Shown here: one piece after another, positions 60,587-64,000 of the stretch | Layout of the letters: each line of letters begins with the position of its first letter | Numbering within the stretch: position 1 is the first letter of the stretch | IMG/VR virus record: IMGVR_UViG_3300028833_000111 | Span: 30,801 to 94,800 of that record | From: a virus | Taxonomy: Duplodnaviria; Caudoviricetes | Length of the DNA stretch: 64,000 bases | Reading direction: 5' to 3' (one strand) | Translations under genes and position numbers: made by a program | Notes under the pieces: model-generated | The model's input: only the letters and a program-made list of their open reading frames with translations | What the model was told of the DNA's origin: nothing | The model's database searches: none

Positions 60587-60588
60587 TT

Positions 60589-60942
60589 ATGATTGATGCA
60601 CCAAAAACAACATTGTTAAATAATATAGATGACTTAGATTTAACCTTTATAGAGGGCGAGAACGAATTGGAATTTGATATTGATGATTATTCGTTCACTG
60701 TTACTTATTCTCTAGAAGAAGATGATTTCTTTACAGAGGATGATGAGGAAATTAAAGGAGGCAAGAAGCTAAAGGTTTTGTCAATAAACGCTTATGATAA
60801 CATTGAGGATGAAGATATTGACGTGAACGTTGACGAAGATATGCAGAAATTATTCTCAGATTATTATAAAAATACGTTAAATGATGAAGAATATGAGCCA
60901 TTAGATGTTAATTTTGGTGAATTTTCTGATTTTATGGACTAA
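60589..60942 (+). CDS. Highly acidic protein
   Basis: About one third Asp/Glu. Confidence 0.6.
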   Translation: MIDAPKTTLLNNIDDLDLTFIEGENELEFDIDDYSFTVTYSLEEDDFFTEDDEEIKGGKKLKVLSINAYDNIEDEDIDVNVDEDMQKLFSDYYKNTLNDEEYEPLDVNFGEFSDFMD

Positions 60943-60946
60943 AAAT

Positions 60947-60977
60947 TTTGTTTTTTGAATTATTTTTTGTACATTTG
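60947..60977 (+). promoter_or_regulatory. Bacteroidota-type promoter for the tRNA-Leu cluster
   Basis: TTTG-N19-TACATTTG. Confidence 0.75.
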
Positions 60978-61035
60978 CAAATGAAATTGGTGAGGTAGAG
61001 CGTTACCTAAGAGACAACAGCCTCACCAAAACTAT

Positions 61036-61117
61036 GGCTCTATGGCGTAATTGGTAGCCGCTCCCGTCTCAAAAGCGGGTGTCGAGAGACGTGTTGGTTC
61101 GAGTCCGACTAGAGCTA
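61036..61117 (+). tRNA. tRNA-Leu(CAA)
   Basis: Acceptor GGCTCTA/TAGAGCT; anticodon arm CCCGT-CTCAAAA-GCGGG; long V arm; T loop TTCGAGT; A73. Confidence 0.92.
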
Positions 61118-61151
61118 CAACCAACCTTGGCAAAAGGTAAAATATAAAACA

Positions 61152-61287
61152 AGGAAGCTTACAGCAAAGTTAAGTTTACACGATGGAAATGCTGGATTAA
61201 TTTCCGTATGGGTTCGAATCCCTTAGAGACTTTAAACGGTCGCTTGGTGAAATGGTAGACACGGCGGTATAATTAAAATTCTTTCCT
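61152..61287 (+). ncRNA. Circularly permuted tRNA-Leu-like RNA (Y RNA/YrlA-like)
   Basis: Order is V arm, T arm (GGGTTCGAATCCC), closed acceptor hairpin AGAGACT-TTAAAC-GGTCGCT, D arm (GTGAAATGGTAGACAC); ends pair as AGGAAG/TTTCCT; no anticodon loop. Confidence 0.7.
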
Positions 61288-61295
61288 AAATAAAT

Positions 61296-61379
61296 GCGCT
61301 TATGGAGTAACTGGTAGCCTCGCAACACTTAGGATGTTGTGCTGAAATATGCGTGTCAGTTCGAGTCTGACTAAGCGCA
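61296..61379 (+). tRNA. tRNA-Leu(TAG)
   Basis: Acceptor GCGCTTA/TAAGCGC; anticodon arm CAACA-CTTAGGA-TGTTG; long V arm; T loop TTCGAGT. Confidence 0.92.
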
Positions 61380-61384
61380 CAAAT

Positions 61385-61528
61385 ATGATTTACAAAGCAG
61401 TAATTAGATGGACTTGGCATCGTATTGGCAATAGTAAAGAAAAATTTGAAAACGTATATGACGCCATAAAAAGGTATAAAGAACTTAAAAAGAACAAACA
61501 AGTTCGTAATTTATCAATAGTTTATTAA
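61385..61528 (+). CDS. 47-aa basic microprotein (absent from ORF track)
   Basis: MIYKAVIRWTW...NLSIVY*, fills the spacer exactly. Confidence 0.45.
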   Translation: MIYKAVIRWTWHRIGNSKEKFENVYDAIKRYKELKKNKQVRNLSIVY

Positions 61529-61551
61529 ATTTAAAAATATTTATAAATAAG

Positions 61552-61590
61552 ATGAAGAATATAGTACGACAACAGCAACAACAGATTTAA
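61552..61590 (+). CDS. Gln-rich leader peptide MKNIVRQQQQQI
   Basis: ATG AAG AAT ATA GTA CGA CAA CAG CAA CAA CAG ATT TAA; upstream of attenuator hairpins and the tRNA-Gln genes. Confidence 0.85.
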   Translation: MKNIVRQQQQQI

Positions 61591-61593
61591 GTC

Positions 61594-61692
61594 GTATCAA
61601 CCATATGGGAACGGTTGATACAGATATTGTATTAGCCTTTCTCAACATATGTAAAAACGTTCCCATTAGTAGAAATACTGATGGGTTTTTTT
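61594..61692 (+). promoter_or_regulatory. Transcription attenuator (protector, antiterminator, terminator)
   Basis: GTATCAACC/GGTTGATAC (61594-602/61613-621); ATGGGAACG/CGTTCCCAT (61605-613/61658-666); CCCATTAGTA-GAAA-TACTGATGGG-T7 (61662-692). Confidence 0.85.
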
Positions 61693-61710
61693 GTAAGTAT
61701 CTGATTTAGA

Positions 61711-61782
61711 TGGAGTATGGTATAACGGTTATTACAAGAGATTTTGGTCCTCTTAATCCCAGTCCGACTCTGGGTGCTCCAA
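61711..61782 (+). tRNA. tRNA-Gln(TTG)
   Basis: Acceptor TGGAGTA/TGCTCCA (U1:A72); anticodon arm AGAGA-TTTTGGT-CCTCT; T arm CCCAG-TCCGACT-CTGGG. Confidence 0.88.
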
Positions 61783-61787
61783 CAAAT

Positions 61788-62024
61788 ATGAGTAAAGGGA
61801 AAAAATTCAATACTCCAAAGAAGTTTTGGAGAAAGATGTTGAAGAAAACAAAAAGACCTTGGTATGCTAGGCAATCATGGAGAAAGACAACTGCCCATGT
61901 ATTAGGAAGAAACCATAGTAAATTTAAATGGTATTTTAGGCAGAAAAAATGGTATAATGACAATTCTATGAAAAGAATGTCAATGAGGTTTCCAATGTCC
62001 CATGAAATATGGGGCTGGGATTAA
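61788..62024 (+). CDS. 78-aa Lys/Arg/Trp-rich protein between the two tRNA-Gln genes
   Basis: ATG at 61788; MSKGKKFNTPKKFWRK...EIWGWD*, fills the spacer exactly. Confidence 0.6.
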   Translation: MSKGKKFNTPKKFWRKMLKKTKRPWYARQSWRKTTAHVLGRNHSKFKWYFRQKKWYNDNSMKRMSMRFPMSHEIWGWD

Positions 62025-62026
62025 AT

Positions 62027-62114
62027 TGGGAGTTGGCCGAGTGGTTTAAGGCGTTGGATTCTGGTCCCAATGTAGATTAATAGTCTACCGCAGGTTCGAA
62101 TCCTGCACTCCTAA
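62027..62114 (+). tRNA. tRNA with Gln anticodon CTG on a class II (Ser-like) long-variable-arm body
   Basis: Acceptor TGGGAGT/ACTCCTA; D arm GCCGAGTGGTTTAAGGC; anticodon arm TTGGA-TTCTGGT-CCCAA; 19-nt V region; T arm GCAGG-TTCGAAT-CCTGC. Confidence 0.88.
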
Positions 62115-62136
62115 CAATGTATTTTTAGCATAATTT

Positions 62137-62170
62137 AACGTTAGATTCTTTTGAATTTAACGTTTTTTTT
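62137..62170 (+). terminator. Terminator ending the tRNA-Gln unit
   Basis: AACGTTAGATTC-TTTT-GAATTTAACGTT followed by a T-run. Confidence 0.7.
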
Positions 62171-62171
62171 G

Positions 62172-62179
62172 TATATTTG
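62172..62179 (+). promoter_or_regulatory. Bacteroidota -7 promoter element
   Basis: TATATTTG with TTTG about 18 nt upstream. Confidence 0.6.
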
Positions 62180-62237
62180 TATTAAGAAGTATTTTTCAAT
62201 TTTATTGCATATTTATTCAAAATAACAATTTAAATTG

Positions 62238-62435
62238 ATGAATATGGAATATTTTGTAGACACAGAAAAAATTAGCCTTGACTATTCTGAGGAAAGGATT
62301 ATGAATGACTTGCCTGCATATAGACTTACTATATACGATAAATTTGGGCATTTTGATGCTGACGTTTATTTGTCTGATGAACAAATAAATGATTTGATAG
62401 ATGGCCTAGATAAAATAAAGCAAAAACAAAATTAG
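62238..62435 (+). CDS. Hypothetical protein
   Basis: 65-aa ORF. Confidence 0.55.
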   Translation: MNMEYFVDTEKISLDYSEERIMNDLPAYRLTIYDKFGHFDADVYLSDEQINDLIDGLDKIKQKQN

Positions 62436-62436
62436 T

Positions 62437-62709
62437 ATGGGAGCATTATTAAGTTTAATTTTACATGCAATCTTATGGTTAATTGTAATTTATTTGCTAT
62501 TTAATGTTGTTAGAAAAGTAGTAGAAGAAAAAAATCCATTAATTGATTCAATTATTGGAATGGCAAAAGTTTTAATCGAAAAAATAAAAAAATGTTATGG
62601 GATTGTTAGACAACGTATTTGTAAAAAAAGCAATGAAATCAATGATGACTCCGGAACAGTTTACAACGGTCCAGAGTTTTATGACAGCAGTTCAGAGTGG
62701 GGAGATTGA
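62437..62709 (+). CDS. Small membrane protein
   Basis: Hydrophobic N-terminus; 113-nt overlap with the next ORF. Confidence 0.5.
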   Translation: MGALLSLILHAILWLIVIYLLFNVVRKVVEEKNPLIDSIIGMAKVLIEKIKKCYGIVRQRICKKSNEINDDSGTVYNGPEFYDSSSEWGD

Positions 62710-62806
62710 CCAAGGAAAACTTGCAAAAGTTGGAGAGAAAGTTTCAAAACTTTCTCCTGAACAAGTTAATTACTTGTTAGATTTAATTGATAAAAGCCTG
62801 AAGTAG
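62597..62806 (+). CDS. Hypothetical protein
   Basis: 69-aa protein-like ORF. Confidence 0.5.
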   Translation: MGLLDNVFVKKAMKSMMTPEQFTTVQSFMTAVQSGEIDQGKLAKVGEKVSKLSPEQVNYLLDLIDKSLK

Positions 62807-62807
62807 T

Positions 62808-63209
62808 ATGACTGCTACTCAGGTTTTTCTTCGTTTCATTAAGGATGAATATACTAACAGCGATGGAACGATTGATATGAAGAAATATAATTTGTGGCGT
62901 AAAGAACTTAGGAGCAATTATATTTCTTGTGAATACGAATATGTATGTGGAAAATTAATAGCAAAGCCCAGGCCAAAAAACTTTATTGATAAATACATAT
63001 CAGCAAATGGGTTTACGCTTGCTGGTTTTGGTGGGCATTTTTTTAATAATAGTCCTTCATCACTTTTCCACATGTATGGACGACGCTATTCAATTAGCAG
63101 AAGTAAGTTCATCAGAAAATGGCGTGATTTTATTTCTAATCACGTAGATGGAAAAATTAATAGCGCATATAGAAGGAAAAACAGTTATACTTTTTCTTGG
63201 AAAGAATGA
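62808..63209 (+). CDS. Hypothetical basic protein
   Basis: 133-aa ORF. Confidence 0.55.
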   Translation: MTATQVFLRFIKDEYTNSDGTIDMKKYNLWRKELRSNYISCEYEYVCGKLIAKPRPKNFIDKYISANGFTLAGFGGHFFNNSPSSLFHMYGRRYSISRSKFIRKWRDFISNHVDGKINSAYRRKNSYTFSWKE

Positions 63210-63580
63210 TACACGTAATTAATATAAAACAAGAAGACCATTCAATGGATGATGGATATTTTTATGTTGCTAGAAGTAAAACAATGAACTCTCCGCTTGG
63301 AAATCCTTTTACATACAATGGCAAAAGAAGCAGTTTGGCTAAACTTTCATTTAAAACAGCAGAAGAAGCCATAGAAGCATATGAAAAGTATTTCGATGCA
63401 ATGTACGGAAAAGACGAAGAGTTCACAAAAGCATTCGATGAAATATACGATTTTTATAAAACAGGAAAAGACGTTTATTTAGGGTGTTTTTGTAAGCCAA
63501 ATCCATGCCATGCTGATGTTATAGCAAAGAAATTACAACAGAAACTTATTAAAGAAAAATTAAAAGAAAGGAAAAAATAA
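63206..63580 (+). CDS. DUF4326 family protein
   Basis: SPLGNPF...LGCFCKPNPCHADVI. Confidence 0.8.
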   Translation: MIHVINIKQEDHSMDDGYFYVARSKTMNSPLGNPFTYNGKRSSLAKLSFKTAEEAIEAYEKYFDAMYGKDEEFTKAFDEIYDFYKTGKDVYLGCFCKPNPCHADVIAKKLQQKLIKEKLKERKK

Positions 63581-63606
63581 ACATATTAATTATAATATAG
63601 AAAACG

Positions 63607-63637
63607 AAATGCAGTGAAACAAATCACTGCATTTTTT
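63607..63637. terminator. Terminator at a convergent junction
   Basis: AAATGCAGTGA-AACAAA-TCACTGCATTTTTT. Confidence 0.7.
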
Positions 63638-63953
63638 ATTTAAAATAGAATGGATTATCTTTTAAAGATTCTATGATAGCCATTTTTTCCTCGCAGATGC
63701 CTCTAAAAGCCTCTGTATCGCTTTCAAACAGTTCAAACCACTCCCCTATAATGTTTGATGAACTAAAGTGATTGTGGAGCATTTTTTCGAGTTTAAATGG
63801 ATGACTTGTTTCAAAGTAATCTTTTATATACAACTCTGATGAACTTCCCGTTTGTAACTGTTTTAGCCTTTTACTGATGTCATTTGACCTGGTAGAACCT
63901 ATTTTAAATTTACCAGGATTATCTTTTTCTCCTATTAAATAAACATATCCCAT
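63636..63953 (-). CDS. GIY-YIG family protein (T5orf172/MUG113-like)
   Basis: YVYLI...FKIGST...RLKQLQTG...LEKMLH...GEWF. Confidence 0.85.
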   Translation of the reverse strand: MGYVYLIGEKDNPGKFKIGSTRSNDISKRLKQLQTGSSSELYIKDYFETSHPFKLEKMLHNHFSSSNIIGEWFELFESDTEAFRGICEEKMAIIESLKDNPFYFK

Positions 63954-64000
63954 ACATATAAAATATAGTATAATTTATTTAATATGCAAGTTTTTATATT

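Noticed and set aside
60981-60998. Mini-ORF MKLVR as a Leu leader peptide for the tRNA-Leu genes
   Set aside because: It has only one Leu codon, the ATG lies at or before the expected TSS, and no terminator precedes the tRNA.
61594-61692. T-box riboswitch interpretation of the tRNA-Gln leader
   Set aside because: There is no T-box UGGNACC bulge or stem I with specifier loop; the Gln-codon ORF explains the element better.
61710-61787. N-terminal extension of track ORF 61710-62024
   Set aside because: It overlaps tRNA-Gln(TTG); the ATG at 61788 is the plausible start.
61286-61963. Minus-strand track ORFs 61286-61501, 61632-61874 and 61706-61963
   Set aside because: They are antisense to tRNAs, the attenuator and better plus-strand ORFs, and are not protein-like.
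1-64000. Stop-codon reassignment (TAG=Gln) as in Lak and some crAss-like phages
   Set aside because: ORFs of 1000-1590 aa are intact in the standard code, TAG ends several genes (often followed by TAA/TGA), and the odd tRNA has anticodon CTG, not CTA.
1-64000. CRISPR array, introns or inteins (e.g. in nrdD, primase, SbcC)
   Set aside because: No regularly spaced direct repeats were seen, and the genes are uninterrupted, of expected size and without evident splicing motifs.

Overview
This is a 64-kb segment of a very AT-rich jumbo myophage in the standard genetic code. It almost certainly infects a Bacteroidota host, judging by TAnnTTTG promoters and BACON-like domains. Gene order: class III ribonucleotide reductase module (nrdD, ferredoxin:thioredoxin reductase, thioredoxin, nrdG); a ~32-kb baseplate/tail block with Cys-rich Ig/BACON-like fibre proteins; amidase endolysin; SbcD, primase-like, RuvC-like, SbcC and sigma-70 genes; putative internal head proteins sharing an 'LTESDL..II.E.V..IL.E' helix; holin- and spanin-like genes; an accessory region (vWA, two orphan DNA MTases, NDT-like, kinase, ClpP, GIY-YIG nucleases); and a tRNA region at 61.0-62.2 kb. 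The most notable element lies in the tRNA region. An unannotated 12-codon leader peptide (MKNIVRQQQQQI) is followed by mutually exclusive protector, antiterminator and terminator hairpins, which is the layout of a trp/his-style ribosome-mediated attenuator. It sits directly upstream of the phage's tRNA-Gln(UUG), a small basic ORF and an unusual tRNA carrying a Gln CUG anticodon on a tRNA-Ser-type long-variable-arm body. A circularly permuted, anticodon-less tRNA-Leu-like RNA (Y RNA/YrlA-like) lies just upstream. All calls come from reading motifs by eye; no database searches or folding programs were run.
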